Position numbers and translations under genes: made by a program
Shown here: positions 40,621-54,830 of the stretch, piece after piece
Layout of the letters: every line of letters starts with the position of its first letter
Numbering within the stretch: the stretch's first letter is position 1
NCBI GenBank assembly: GCA_951406725.2
Contig: OX597817.1
Span: 112,096,001 to 112,160,000, forward strand
Origin: Octopus vulgaris
Taxonomy: Eukaryota
DNA length: 64,000 nucleotides
Direction of reading: 5' to 3'
Notes under the pieces: generated by a model
Database searches by the model: none
Seen by the model: only the letters and a program-made list of their open reading frames with translations
What the model was told of the DNA's origin: nothing

Positions 40621-41811
40621 AAACATTGAATTAAAGTTAAGTTTTCATTATGAATGTATGTGATGAGTTGCAAATTTGACCATGTTGCTTAACTCTATGA
40701 CTTGTAATTAAATTTGAACCATTCTGTAATATTTCTAATACTTTTTAATTTGATGTTTCTAATTAACTTCGTTTTTAGGTTTCAAGAAAGAAGAAGCATA
40801 AATTGCATATGCAAAGCTGTTTGTTAATCTTTCTTTTTATCAGTTTCCAGCAAAAAATAGTTGCAGTTTTTGTGTTACATTATTAAAAAAATTTATCTAA
40901 TAAAATATTTAAACTGACCAATACCTTTTAGTTATTTAAGAGAAAAACGAAGCATATAAAATATATCAAAATGTATATTCAGTTTCTTTATAGAATATTT
41001 TACAAGAAGTTTATTTCATCACAATAACTACCATCACTACACCTTTCCATCCCGACATAAGTTTGTTATGTTGTCAAGATCCAAGTCTTTATTCAGAGTT
41101 ATCCTTTCCTAAATAGGTTGGAGGGACACATCTTGCTCAAAATATTCCGTTTTTGGCATGCTTTTCATTGTTGGATGCCTTTCTTAATACCAACCACATC
41201 ACAAAGGGCACTGGCTGTATTTTATCATAGCACCAGCTCAGGCGTGTTGTGTTTTTGGACAAATGAAGTGCTTCTCTTTATTCTTGCCTTTGTTTGTTTG
41301 CTAATCACTTTGCAGAGTGTACTGAGTGCATTTTACTGTGATTCCAGCACTATTGAGGCTGCCTTGTGCTCCTCAAGACTAAAGGGTTGTTACAAACTAT
41401 GGTGTCTTCATTAGTTCAAGGATGGCTCATTGCCATTTATCATTTAACATCTATTTTCTGTGCTGACATGGATTTGACAGTCTAACAGGCGCTGGTGAAT
41501 CAGAAGACTGCCAAGCTCCAGTGTCTGCTTTGATAAAGTTTCTTCAGTTGGATGCTCTTCCCTAACATCAACTACTTTACAGAGTACACTGGATGCAGAA
41601 TCCTTCAACTGAGGAGGGGGAATACTGTTGAAGGAAGATGCTTTGTACCAGGTGATAAGTAGTTGAAGTATGACAGGGAAACAGGAGCACACACATAAAG
41701 TCACACAACCTATGACATTCTCCTTGATGTGCTCTTATTCAACATTTCAGTTACTGTAGCCTACAACTTGGAATACACTTAAATATATTCACTTATATAT
41801 GTATTAAGACC

Positions 41812-42080
41812 ACTGTGACTGACCAGACTGTCAGATGTTGCTACATATCGCTGGTCACAATGCTTCGCATTGTTTTAGTCTTCAAATGATGCCACCCCGC
41901 TGGCTAAGCGAGCAGGCCAACAGAAGAAAGAGTAAGAGAAAGTTGTGGTGAAATAGTACAGCAGGGATTGCCACCACCCTCTGCTGGAGCCTCGTGGAGC
42001 TTTAGGCGTTTTTGCTCAATAAACACTCACAACGCCCGGTCTGGGAATTGAAACTGCAATCCTACGACACTAATCCATTA
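41812..42080 (-). mobile_element. SINE family B, inverted copy
   Basis: Reverse complement of 8460-8740 (cagatgttgctacatatcgctggtcacaa...gctcaataaacactcacaacg). Confidence 0.8.
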
Positions 42081-42420
42081 GACACTAAAAGAAGGGTTTT
42101 GACTTCTAATTTATATTTTAATTATAACCTTTAAGTTTATATGCTAGCAACAAATAATTTTATTTTGATGTTGTTATATAGTTACTGAACTAATTTAATA
42201 CTTGTGAAAATAATTTACATCATTTTTACAGTTTTTATCAAATATTATATCAAGTTATTAACAAATGTGCTATTTCCTGGATATGTCAGATTGTTTTGAG
42301 ACTATATTATTTGATTGCGCAAATACTAAATTCTATTACAACAATATTTTAAACATTTTAGATATTTAATGCTAAATGGATACGTTCTATTCATTTCTTT
42401 GTATGTTTTTGATCTTATAG

Positions 42421-42658
42421 GCAGACAGACCCGTCAAAGCTTATCACAGCAACGGTCTTCAAGTTATCCCCAGCAGCAACCACCACCCCCTTCCCCACAA
42501 CAACACCAACCACCACAACAACAACAACAGCAACAACCACAACAGCAGCAGCAGCAACAACAGCAGTATCATCACCAACATCAGCCTAGACAACCCCAGC
42601 CTTTGTCACTTTATCATTCATCTCGTTTTCCATCATATCAAAATAATACTACTTCTAG
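42421..42658 (+). CDS. NIPBL: NIPBL exon, Q/P-rich low complexity, phase 1/2
   Basis: ttatAG|gc...tctag|GTAAGT. Reads (G)RQTRQSLSQQRSSSYPQQQPPPPSPQQHQ...QNNTTS(R); phase fits both neighbours. Confidence 0.85.
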
Positions 42659-43468
42659 GTAAGTTTATTAAAATGTACGTATTAACTTTTTTGTTTGGGT
42701 GCTTTTTGATTTTCTTTCATCATCAAATAAGTTTTATTGAATCAAGTTATTCAGCATGCACTTTTATTATGTATTAAGTGTGTTTAATGTTACAGTTATC
42801 AAAGCAGAAATCTTGTTATTCTTTAGGATTAATTTTTCCTTTTCTTTATTATGTGTAAGATTGATGAAGATAATATAAAGTATTTTGCTTTAGATGGCAA
42901 AATTAATTATCTGCAAAGACAACTCTTCTATTTACACAGTATGAATTTTTTGATGTTTTGTCAAAATGTTTATTTGTGTTAAAATTCAAATTCTAAATAT
43001 TTGTCCAATTTTCTTGAAAAGATGCTAAATATAGTGAATCTGTATAGATGCAGTATGTATTGTTTGAGTTTACACATTTGATGTACAAACACATATGTTG
43101 TGTAGCCTACCAAATGATTACTGAAATATATCTTATAGTTTTTACATTTTCTCAATATATATTGAATGTAGAGACATGGTGCATTAATAAAATATATTTA
43201 GACCGCTTTATCAGTTTATTAAAAATAAAACAAAAGAAAAGAAAAGAAACTACATTACGTTTTCTTGAAACTCCCAGTTCATTTAATTCATTTTCAGGGA
43301 AGATTAAATTAAAATTTTAATGTATTTTTCTGTTCTGTTGAATAAAAAAGAATCTTTGACATTTAAATTCAAATATGACTGAAAAAAAAAGCCCCCCCCC
43401 CAACCGAAAACAAAACATCGAGTTCAAGATTTTCATTATTGCATTGATTATTATTTCTAATTTTACAG

Positions 43469-43602
43469 ATGTCCACAGCAAAGTGGTCAACGGTTTCCTA
43501 ACAGCCAATATCCTGTCCATGGTAACTTTTACCCTACAACAAGATTCCAACAACAGCAATATCAGCATTTTGCTCAAAGTCAGCACCATGAACAATATGC
43601 AG
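43469..43602 (+). CDS. NIPBL: NIPBL exon, phase 2/1
   Basis: ttttacAG|a...gcag|GTACT. Reads CPQQSGQRFPNSQYPVHGNFYPTTRFQQQQYQHFAQSQHHEQYA; PQQSGQRF loosely resembles human PPQTSSGNRF. Confidence 0.82.
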
Positions 43603-44159
43603 GTACTAATGTTTGCAATAGTATTTTTGAATTCTGTTTAAGTCAGTTATACTTTTGGAAATCTCAGCTGGCTATGTTAGGTTTAATTTATTGAAATGAT
43701 TGATATAGTGTTTCATTCATGATGAGTTTAAACTCTTCTCAAGCATAAAATCTGTGATAGACTTGCATGTTGCTTTTGAAAAAAAATGTTTTTTTTACCA
43801 CCAATCAGCAATATGAAATCTGGGTTATAAGCAGCATATCACAATTTTTTCTGATAGAGGTGTGTAAAAATTGAAGCCTTATTTACTAAATATTAATAAC
43901 ATGAATAATATATATGGCATATATTGTTTACCACAACTCTGCACTGATTAAGCAGATCCTATGATAAAAGGTGTTCTAGCTATGACCATCCTATCTTTCT
44001 GTAAATTCTTGGTTATGGTGTTCAATATGTGCTCTTTTTTAAGCTGATAAGGTGTCATTTGAGTGAATTTAAATACTAAGCTTTTCTGTAGAGCAATCAT
44101 GGGAAAACTTCAGCTCATAGGACTCTCTGAAAAGCTAAGGAAAATTTATGTTGAATTGT

Positions 44160-44670
<511 letters not shown>

Positions 44671-45999
44671 GTAATGAGCCCTGTCTCATGTGTGCCGCTT
44701 TCAATAAAGGTTGCCCATGCCAAGTATACTGGTTGTCTTAGAACCAGATTCATAGAATCTGTTAAGCTGATGTTAGAATGGAAGAGTAATTATAAAACAA
44801 ACAAAATGTAACTTTTTCTCTTAGTGTTATTTATTGGGTTGGCAGCAATGGTAAAATACTGGGATAGATGTGTTGCAGTATTTAGTTTTCCCCACTGAAC
44901 ATTCTAAGTTCAGATTCCACTCTGAATGAGTTTATGTAATATCCTTCACATAATTTGTTAAAATAAACCCTGTCTTATAGTGGTGTTGATGTCATTGACC
45001 AGTTACTTCCTTACAATTTGAGGAATCATAATTTGTTGTGTATTAATAGTTGTTTAAATATTAGGTGTAAATTAAGGTCAGTATATATGAGGATAATGTC
45101 GTATAAAGAAATTGTTTAGAAGATTGATAGACAGGGAAAAAAAAAAATATTAGGAAGAGTATAGTTAAGTCACTGTACCCCAACCCCGTAGAATCATATT
45201 TTCAAAGCCTGTGTATGTATTTTTTCTGACAGAGAAAAATTTTGAAGAGTTATATCCCCTTATTCTTTTATTGTTTGTAATGTTTTATTTTTAAGAGGAT
45301 TTTCATTTTTTAAAAATTAATTTTTACTTTTGATGATATTATTAAAACAGATTGTTCATAGTTCTTGCCACTTACTAGAAGTGAGCCTATAGTGTGAAAG
45401 GTATATTAGCAGAATAAATGTTTAGATACAGTGATATTAGTTCAAGCCTTTCTGTAGAAATTGTATTTTTTTTCTTGTTCCTATTTACCTTATGTTGTAT
45501 CATTTTACTGATATAGTTGTCACTTTGTTCCATTGTTGAATGTTGAGCAGTGAAGAGACCTCAACAATTCATAGAATCTGTTAGGCTGATGTTAGAATGG
45601 AAGAGTAATTATAAAACAAACAAAATGTAACTTTTTCTCTTAGTGTTATTTCTGTTGTTGTTTAACTTTGGATTAACCTTGATTGAACAAACCCTCTGTT
45701 GAAAGACATCTTCATAGACATAGGTATATCCAGAATTACATTATTGAGTTTGTCCTCTTTTCTTAAAAAAAGAATAATGGTAGATTTGGTTGCTATTTTG
45801 CTATTCCTTTGCAACCACAAGAAACTCCATTGTTGGCATATGTTATTTCTGTTAATTTATGTAGTTTCTTTAGATTATAAATATACATACCTTTTATCCT
45901 AGATTTATATTTTTATGCCTACTTTTAGATGACAGAGGGCATTGTTTTTATGAATACATCATGCAATTTTAGTAAAATGTTTATAAATTTATCTTTCAG

Positions 46000-46139
46000 G
46001 ATCTCCTGCTCAAGCGGCTGTGGCAGAACCCTTGATAAATATTGATATTTCCCCTATGCCTGAATCAGCTGGATCAGCATACTCTAGCAGGCGCCGTTCA
46101 AGTACTTCCAGTAAGCCACAAACTTTAAGCTGTTCTGAA
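46000..46139 (+). CDS. NIPBL: NIPBL exon, phase 1/0
   Basis: ctttcAG|ga...gaa|GTAAGT. Reads (G)SPAQAAVAEPLINIDISPMPESAGSAYSSRRRSSTSSKPQTLSCSE; open frame, phase-compatible. Confidence 0.8.
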
Positions 46140-48485
46140 GTAAGTTATTTTGACATTGTAATTTTTAACTGCTAAGTCTAGTTTTCCAAAACAATTTCCA
46201 TCTTGTTGCTGAAATGAATTAAAAAAGAAATTTTAACTTGTTTTCCAAACATGCATTTCATTATCTGTATTGATGTTAAACGTCTTGATAAAGTTTAATT
46301 TAGCATTGACATTTTCAGCAATAGATAGTGTTTGAAACAGTTTTATTTTGCCATCTCATTTGATTTCATCATCTTTATTATTATTATCATCATCACCATG
46401 AACATCATTATCACTACCATTTATTTTGTGTTTAGTTTTTCATACTAGAAAATTGAATAAACTTTCAATTCTACATGAACTGACCTGAACACAAGTTATT
46501 CCTTCATATTTTGGTGTTTTGAGTTACAACTGTTTTACATGAAATTTGACTGGATGTTGGTGGGAAAAACTCATTGTGTATTTCCTGCTGTCATCTGCTT
46601 TAGTGATGCATATCAAGTGTAACAACAATTCCAGTTATATACTCAAAGGTTTAGAAATATTTTTTACCTGTTGTTGCCATGAACATTTGTGATAAGCATA
46701 GTGAAATTTACATTCTGGATTTGACTTTTGATATGGATCTTTTGTTGGGAGCAAAATAGTAAGGAGTGGGTAATGTGTGTCAGTTTTAGAGAAAGGTACA
46801 AGAAAAGTTCTTTTCTGAGGGCATAGAAAAAATCTGGAGCAGTTCTCTGTGCAGGAACAAGGGACACCTCTATACTGTATCAATTAACTTGTCCTTTTAC
46901 TGCAGTGTCTGCAGTATAAAAGGGTATGTAGTCTCCTAGGATGTTAATGGGTCTTGTGAGGTGTTGCCCGTTAGCAAAAATGGTAGGTAAACATATAGTG
47001 TGTAGCATTCTCTTAGGGTTGCTATGGCTTGTCAAGATATAGATTAGTGATGGCTAAAATTTTATGTTAAATTAGATGTTGAGAGCCATTACCATATCAT
47101 ATTTTTATGGGTAGTAGGACTAGTGTTTACCTTATCTAATTTAGTAGGGTGTCATATAAGGGATGTTTCTCAGCTATTTCTAGTAGGGTGAATGACTATG
47201 TTGAGCCCAACTCATACAGACTAGAGATGTTGATTTTTTTTGTCAGAGGTAGCCTATTTACCTAGATTACATTCTCTTCTGAATAGCCTTGAATGCTTTC
47301 TCATCTTCTAACCCTGACTTTATGTTACCTATCCAAGGCAGCATATCTCACACTTCCTAATTGCACATAAGTACCTGCTCTCCAAACCCTTTCTTTGGTA
47401 TATCTTGTCAGCCAAGTCATTGGAACTCTGCAAATATACTTCCCCTTTCACTCATATGACACAGTTAAGTGAGGAACTGATATCCTTTTCCTAGTTGTGT
47501 CTCTTTATATATTTTATTAAAAAATGTACTCAATCTTAAACTCCAAATTCAAAGTGAGAAAATTTGCAGCCTATACATAGCCTGAAAATTTTTCAGTTTT
47601 TGGTTTATAGTCAGGCTTTCTACATTCGCTATTCTTGACAGCATGTGTGCTACACCTCTGACCCATCTGAGTTAAATGAGTGACTTTGTTATGCCTCTTC
47701 TCATACTTCGTGAAAACAAAACTATCAACCCTCAAATCCTTAAGTGGTTCACTCACAGCTGTACTGCTGATCTCCAACAACTACTATTATCATTTAGGAA
47801 ATATTTATGCACCACTGCAATGCTATTGTTAAGAAGCAAAGGGTAACTTAGTGCATTACACATCCTGCAGGATTTTTTTACTTCTAGATTTGCAGCAAGA
47901 GTATTAATACCTCAAAATATTTTTATATCTGACCCCACACTTAAGAAGGTATCATCTGTCTCCTCTCTTGGATTGGAAGTCCTTGCTAGTTGACCCCTTC
48001 CATTCTAGTGTACCAGATATTTCAGTTATGTTTCTCAAATTCTTCTTTTTGAGATTATTGATCTAATTATGTGATTATGTCTACCTTCTACTTCTAACCA
48101 CACATGCACCTATTCACTTACATTGTCCACTTGTTCCATAAGCTCTTCATATGGGCAGATACAGTGAAGAACTTTCATGAACAGATACATCAGAAACTTC
48201 CTTCAAGGTCACATAATGTGTGTATGAGAAATGCAAAGCCTTGCAGTCTTTTCTATAATGATTTTTTGTGGCCGCCTAAAGAGTAAACTACCTTTTCAAA
48301 ACCGCAAAATACTTGGACCCTAATCATTTGTTAATCGTTTACAAAAATGTTTTAAGAATAATTCACAATGAAGTACTACTCTTATATAAACAGCACAGTC
48401 ATTTTTATTCTACTTGTTTAAACTTTTTCGGCGAAAATTGTTCATATATAGGCTTTTTACTTAAACATCTTACTTTCTTCTACAG

Positions 48486-48563
48486 CCTACTGAAAGGAAA
48501 AATCCTAGTACTTTGAACAAAGAAATGGAATTATCAAATCGGAAAGGAGGTGACCGTAAATGT
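48486..48563 (+). CDS. NIPBL: NIPBL exon, 78 nt, phase 0/0
   Basis: ctttcttctacAG|cct...tgt|GTAAGT. Reads PTERKNPSTLNKEMELSNRKGGDRKC. Supported only by splice sites and frame. Confidence 0.7.
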
Positions 48564-50916
48564 GTAAGTATGATGCCACATAACAGAAAATAAATTTTTG
48601 TGTTTTTGTTGTTTCAGAATGCAAATTATGCAACATCCATAAATCATATTTATGAATGTTGCATGAGGAATAGTATTTGTAATTCTATGTGACCACAAAT
48701 GATTTCAAAATGAAAATAGAAATTTAAAAACAAGCACATAAATATCTCTAACTGACTTAAATTGCTTTTTCTTTAAATATTTTTTGAAATATCATTTTTG
48801 ATAATGCACCTATTCACTATGAGAACAAAGGCATACATGTTGTTTTAAATGTTTACTAGTTTTTTTTTTTTACCTCATTTTAATCCAGTAGAGGACTATT
48901 CTTCATGTATAAATTATGCTTGAAAAACTATAGGTATTCATGTTAAAGCAATAATCAGTCCTGTAAGAGTTACAAAAGTAACACCCTCAGCTAATATCCT
49001 CAGAAAATTAACATTGGGTATCTTTGCTTTACTTAACCCTAAAAAATAAATAATAAATAAAATAAAATAAAAACTGGAAGGTACTACAACTGTATGATGA
49101 GCTTTTTGTCTCATTATTTGCTTGATGGAAACTGAACCAGGCAAGTTCACATTGATATATTTTACTGGAATGGCAAGCGGGCAGAATCATTAGCATGTTG
49201 GACAAAATGCTTAATGGCATTTCTTCTGGTTCTGTATGTTCAGAGTTCAAATTCCACTGAGGTCAAATTTGCCTTTAATATTTTCAGGGTTGATAAACTA
49301 GCTACCAGTTGAGCACTGGAGCCAATGTAATTGACTTACCCAGTCCTCTCAAAATTGCTGTCCTTGTGCCAAAATTAGGGAAAAAATTACGAATGAGATA
49401 TTTTATATCAGATAAATCTTCTTGCACTTAATTCCACTTTGGAATCATTTTTCTTGCTTTGAAATGGCAGAATCTCATTTTGAAATCCATAATATTCCTT
49501 TGAAAGTAGCGAAGTCTCACTTCAAAATATAATCTGCTCACTCACAAGTAAAAAATACTCCAGCAATCATGCTCATATCCTCCATAAAGAAAATTGTCAT
49601 TTATCAAGTAGATATCAATCAAGTACACATACTCATACTCTAACATACACGTATGCATGCACACACATGAGTACTTGTGCAACACCTGCACACACACACA
49701 CTAGTTGATCAGCCTGCTAAAGGTAGTGGGTAAATTCCCTCAAATACTCCTTATTTTAACAAAGAAAGGGCATGTTGGACAGTGTGGTACTCGATATGTA
49801 AAAAATGGATTGGTTATGGTTGGAACACCTTTAATCATAGGGCTGCTTGTTAGAGTTGACCTGAGTCTAAACTACAACTTTGAAAATTTGTTATTCAAAA
49901 CTGAGAGTTTGGTTCTAAACATGATCTTATTGTGTATGATTAAGTCAAAATCATGGTTTCATGCAGTAATGATTGTGATTGCTTACTTACAATTTTCAGT
50001 TGATATAAAGCAAAATAACCACTGAAGATAGCTAATGATGACTTGTATGCCTGAATGAAACCATGGTGTAGATTTAATTATATAGTTACCTACATGTATG
50101 TATAACAGACTATACTTTAAGTGCTTATTAACTACTTCAATATTTATTCATATAAATAAAAATAGACGCATACATATATGTATATGTGTGTGTATGTGTG
50201 CAAGCATGATTTTGTAGTTAAGAAGTTTGCTTTGCAACTACATTGTTCTGAGTTTGAACCCACAGCATAACACTGTAGGCAAGTATCTTCTATCATAGAC
50301 TTGAGCCAACCCAAGTGAAATTTTGAAGATAGAAACTCTGTCTGTGTGTATGCACATATAATGAGCAAGTTCAGGATTAGTTTTACGCCTAAGTTGATTT
50401 TAATTACTGATATCAATAAGTACCGAGCAAACAACTGGGGTTCCTTTTGAAGTTTGTGTTCCAGCATGTCTGTAATTCAGTGACTGAAACCAATAAACGA
50501 AGAAAAGGAAAAAAAAAAAAATAAAGACATGCAATACTTATAGGTAGCTTAATAAATACACATCTGTCTTGCATCACCATGCTGTTTGCTAGCTTGAAGA
50601 GAGTCTGGTTGTAAACATCCAAGTTCAGTCATGCTGAGGCTGCAAGTATTAGAGATCTTGTCACATGGAATACTGCTGTGTTGCAAATCTGTGCAGTGTG
50701 TCAGCTTGTCACAAAAAACATAAAACAAATGAAGATTGTGGTTATGGATATAGTGATGATGTTAGTGATAGATGTAGAGATTGAGTAGTGACATGTGTAT
50801 ATTTTTAGTTATAGTCTTATATAGCTCCATTAATCTTGGACTTTAAAACAGTTGGTGAATTTCATTGAAAATCTCTAATACTCACCAGTAAATTATCTAA
50901 TATTAATTTTTTACAG

Positions 50917-51106
50917 GTTGAAGTAATAAATAGAAGAGGAAGGCCTCCTCAGATAACACCACGGCATCAATTTCCACAGCAGCAGCAGCAACTGAGCCAG
51001 CAGCAAAAATTGTCTCAGCAACGACAACCACATCACCACCACCAACAACAACAACAACAACAACAACAACAGCAGCAACATCATCAGCACCATCAACATC
51101 ATCATC

Positions 51107-51149
<43 letters not shown>

Positions 51150-51396
51150 GTTGCTGTTTCAACAACAATTTGAGCAATTACAGCAACAACAACAACATCA
51201 AAGGCAACGGCGTGTACCGCAACCGACCTTGCCAATACTTCCACAACAGCCACCATTACCACATCATAAAAGACATTTACAACCACCTCCACCTGTTGAA
51301 AATGACTCTGAGGAGATTTCTTTTGATAAAGCTGTGGAACTTTTGGTTGCAAGAAATTCTTGGCCTATTGTTGTTTTAGAACCACTTGATCCAGAG
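50917..51396 (+). CDS. NIPBL: NIPBL exon, 480 nt, polyQ/H tract plus PxVxL motif, phase 0/0
   Basis: ttttacAG|gtt...gag|GTATGT. Reads VEVINRRGRPPQ...polyQ...EEISFDKAVELLVARNSWPIVVLEPLDPE; PIVVLEPL aligns to human KPVVVLQKL. Confidence 0.88.
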
Positions 51397-52625
51397 GTAT
51401 GTCAAGTTTTCATAACATTTTAGCTAAACCAATTATGTTTTATATTTTTAACTGGTTTCTTTTTTTAACATCATTGTTACATTTTTTGTAATTTAGAAGC
51501 AGCTATGTTAATTACTTCACATTAACAGGGATTGTTTCATTCACTCATTTTTTAAATGTATTTTTCATAAATGAATTTGTGTTTCTTAATTAATTTGTGT
51601 TATTAATGTGTATCTAATGAAGTGAGAGAGTAAGTAAATATTCTTGGAAGAGTTTCAGTTTCACTGAGTTTAATAGTTTGCTAGATTGAAGCTTTTGTGC
51701 TTATATCAGGCACAGACATGTCTTGTGAATGGAATTTAGTAGACAGAAAATATGTAAATATTTTATAGTGAAAGATGTAAACATAACAAAAAAGGGATAA
51801 ACTAGTAGCTATGAATGTAATTTTGATATGTGCTTCACCCAAGTTGGACAACTATCTCTTGTCACTTCCACTATCATAAATATAGTGAACCAGTAACTGG
51901 CTTGTAGGAATCATGTTGCTTACAACAGGCTGGTTACAGGATTATATTGATATAAAAATGCAATATAAAAAATAAATTTTTAAATATCTCCATGCTGGCT
52001 CCACTGTGTTTATGATCAAGGTAATTTACTGGCTCGGCCAGCTTAGTTGTAAATATCTGTTGAGTAGGTATACATCACTGCCAAGTTATACGAGTACTGT
52101 ACAAGAGTGTTTCTGAGATAGGAGTAAGAAATACGAAACCAGATTATTGTACCTTCCAAAAGAAATTTTGAAATTAGTAGGATTGCTATTCTTTCTTCAA
52201 CAACTTTTTAAATATAAAGTGATTAAGAAATGTGAGATGAAATTCATGAGTTGTGGTGGCTGAGAATTAAAGTTTTGGACTCATAGCCTATAGGATATTT
52301 GTTTAAAGTTATTTAAAGGCTTATTTTGAAGGAAATTTTATTTAATCAATCCAGTTGAGTGAAAAAAGCCTGGAATGTATGTAGATGTGACTTAAAAATA
52401 GATACTTGCTCCTATAGTATATATGCAAATGTTAGAGGTTATAAGGCCATCCAGTCTTTGCTGATCTAACTATTAAGATATATAAAAATGAAAAGAAATG
52501 ATTTAAGATATATACACTTTCTATATGTTTCTTTCCAACTGTATCTCATCAAATTTATTGTTCTGTTATCTGTTCCACTTTGTTCTGAGAATACATGCAT
52601 AAATATTATTTTTTTCTCTTTGTAG

Positions 52626-52656
52626 ACATTGCAATCAATTGCCACTGGGGGAAGAA
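52626..52656 (+). CDS. NIPBL: NIPBL microexon, 31 nt, phase 0/1
   Basis: tttttctctttgtAG|aca...agaa|GTAAGT. Reads TLQSIATGGR and supplies the phase 0-to-1 change needed downstream. Confidence 0.72.
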
Positions 52657-53198
52657 GTAAGTTATATATGTTATATATGTCTGTTGTCTCTTCACTGTCT
52701 GTCGGGAAATCATTAAACCCCTCCAAAGAGAAATCTGTATTCTACTTTCATTCCACCTTTTCATTTTCTGAAGTGTGCTGCGGTTTTTAAAAATAATGGA
52801 AATATATACCATGAAGTATTTGCATATGAACATAACATTCTGAAATAATAGATCTTGTTTCAGATTCTGTTTACTGCTTTTGAAGTCCCAAAGCAATGTG
52901 TTTGTATGAGTGCATATTTTAGTGAGTTTGGCATTTAAAATGACTAAGTGGTTGCTTATAGTCTATGTTAATAGTGCCTCTCAACTGGAACATTACTAAA
53001 TGAAATTTGAGTTGTTAGAAGTTACCCAGAAAGGAACTGTTTCCCAATCTTTGGTTACTCTTTTTTTATATTTTTTTAATTATATTTCAATATTAAGAAA
53101 TCCTCCTATAAAATATGTAAATATTAAAAAAATTACTGGCTTTTCATTCTATTTTATTTTACCCTTTTTATTTTTTTTTATTATTTCCTTCCATACAG

Positions 53199-53237
53199 TT
53201 AAGGCCGACTGTGATATTATGAGGAGACAGTTAAAGG
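53199..53237 (+). CDS. NIPBL: NIPBL microexon, 39 nt, phase 1/1
   Basis: Long pyrimidine tract, then ccatacAG|tt...aagg|GTAGGT. Reads (I)KADCDIMRRQLK(G). Confidence 0.62.
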
Positions 53238-54329
53238 GTAGGTATTTAAAATACAAAATACTTTTTTTTTTGGTTCCAATATATTTTTAGTGTAATCTAT
53301 AGGAATAGATAAAATTTTGAAAGCCAGTATTGGTTTATATATACATATATATATTTTGATTTTTAAGTAATTTTGAAATATACTCTCACAATATATTTTT
53401 CAATTTATAAATAGCTTAGTCTTTTAATTTAAACTATTATTTTTAAGCAATGTTCATACTCAGAATTTTTAGTGTGCCACAATGAAGATAAATCCAAACT
53501 ATTTACCTTAGTTTAAACATTTCTTGTCTACAAGCAGGTGATAGGCAAAAGGCCTGTTAAATAATCTACTATTATTAAATGTAAAAAGATTGACTGGAAT
53601 AGCACTAGACTAAATGTCATGCAGTATTTAATTTAATTCCTCTATAATTCAAATCCTGTTTCATCCAAACTCCACAGGCATTCACCTTGCGTTTTACCCC
53701 TTGATAGTGAGTAAGATAAGTGGAAAATAATAATGAAAAATAAATAAAAAATGAAAAACTCCCACCATTTGAGGAATTGTATAATATTGAATTGTATAAA
53801 GAGGGAGTAAATTAAAACTATTCTGTATGAAAATAATTAAAGGATTATTGTTGATTGTGTGTGTGTGTGTGTGTGCACATGCACATACTTACTTAAGCAA
53901 AGAAAAGCCATGCCAAGCTGGAACATATGAGCAAGATGTGGTCTTCTAAGTTGTCTAAGAAGGCAGAAACTGCAAATAAAAACTGATATAATCAAGGACA
54001 ACTTGTCCAACATGCCACCATGGAAAGTGAACATAAAAGTGATGATGATGTACATGTGTATCTATCTATATCTGTCTGTATATGTGTATGTGTGTAGCCT
54101 TGATTCGGTTAGATTAGGAGAAGAAAACTTTAATATAAAACCTCCATTTGGTGTTTCCAGTAGTCATTGTGATCTTTCTTGACACAAGATCATGCATGAT
54201 AACTGATACTTACAGAATGGTATTTGTGTTGTGCAAACATCTAATACTATAATCTTTATAGTGTACATGCACTTTGTAACACTGCTGTACATTATGCTGC
54301 CTTATAACTAATATGGTTTAATATTGCAG

Positions 54330-54830
54330 CACATTATCAGACGAAAGACCATTGTTATCTATGTTGGTTTTTGACAATAATCCTGCTAGATGATGCATTA
54401 TACTGCTCTTGTTGCTGTAGAGCTTAACTGATTTAAGATTGATTGCTGCCATTGCAGAGACATGATTATCAATGGAAAGGGATGTAGCTATTGCTTCTTT
54501 TGAGTCAGTAAGCCTGTAGATGAAAACTGAGAGGACAGTATTGGCTTTGTAATCAGGAAGAATCTAACTGTTAGGTGAAATAGATTGCTATCCAGTGTGG
54601 GTAACTGTTATTAAAATCTGCTTACCATTATATTGTGTCATGGAATATTCTTTTCTGTTTATATACCACCTCTTCATTCAGCAGAAGAATTTCTATCTCT
54701 TTTCTATGAGTTTCAGAAATAACATTTTTTCTAATTGAACTGCTAACAAAATCATTCTATTTGGAGATTTTAATGCCAAAGTAGATTGTGATTGCAATGT
54801 GTGGTTTTGCATAGGACACTATGTTGTATA
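54330..54830 (+). pseudogene. Decayed RTE-like APE endonuclease fragment
   Basis: IGFVIRKN, YYTTSSFSRR and IILFGDFNAKVD traces. Confidence 0.55.

Noticed and set aside
50903-51352. Minus-strand polyV/polyL ORFs
   Set aside because: Antisense reading of the CAA/CAG polyQ exon.
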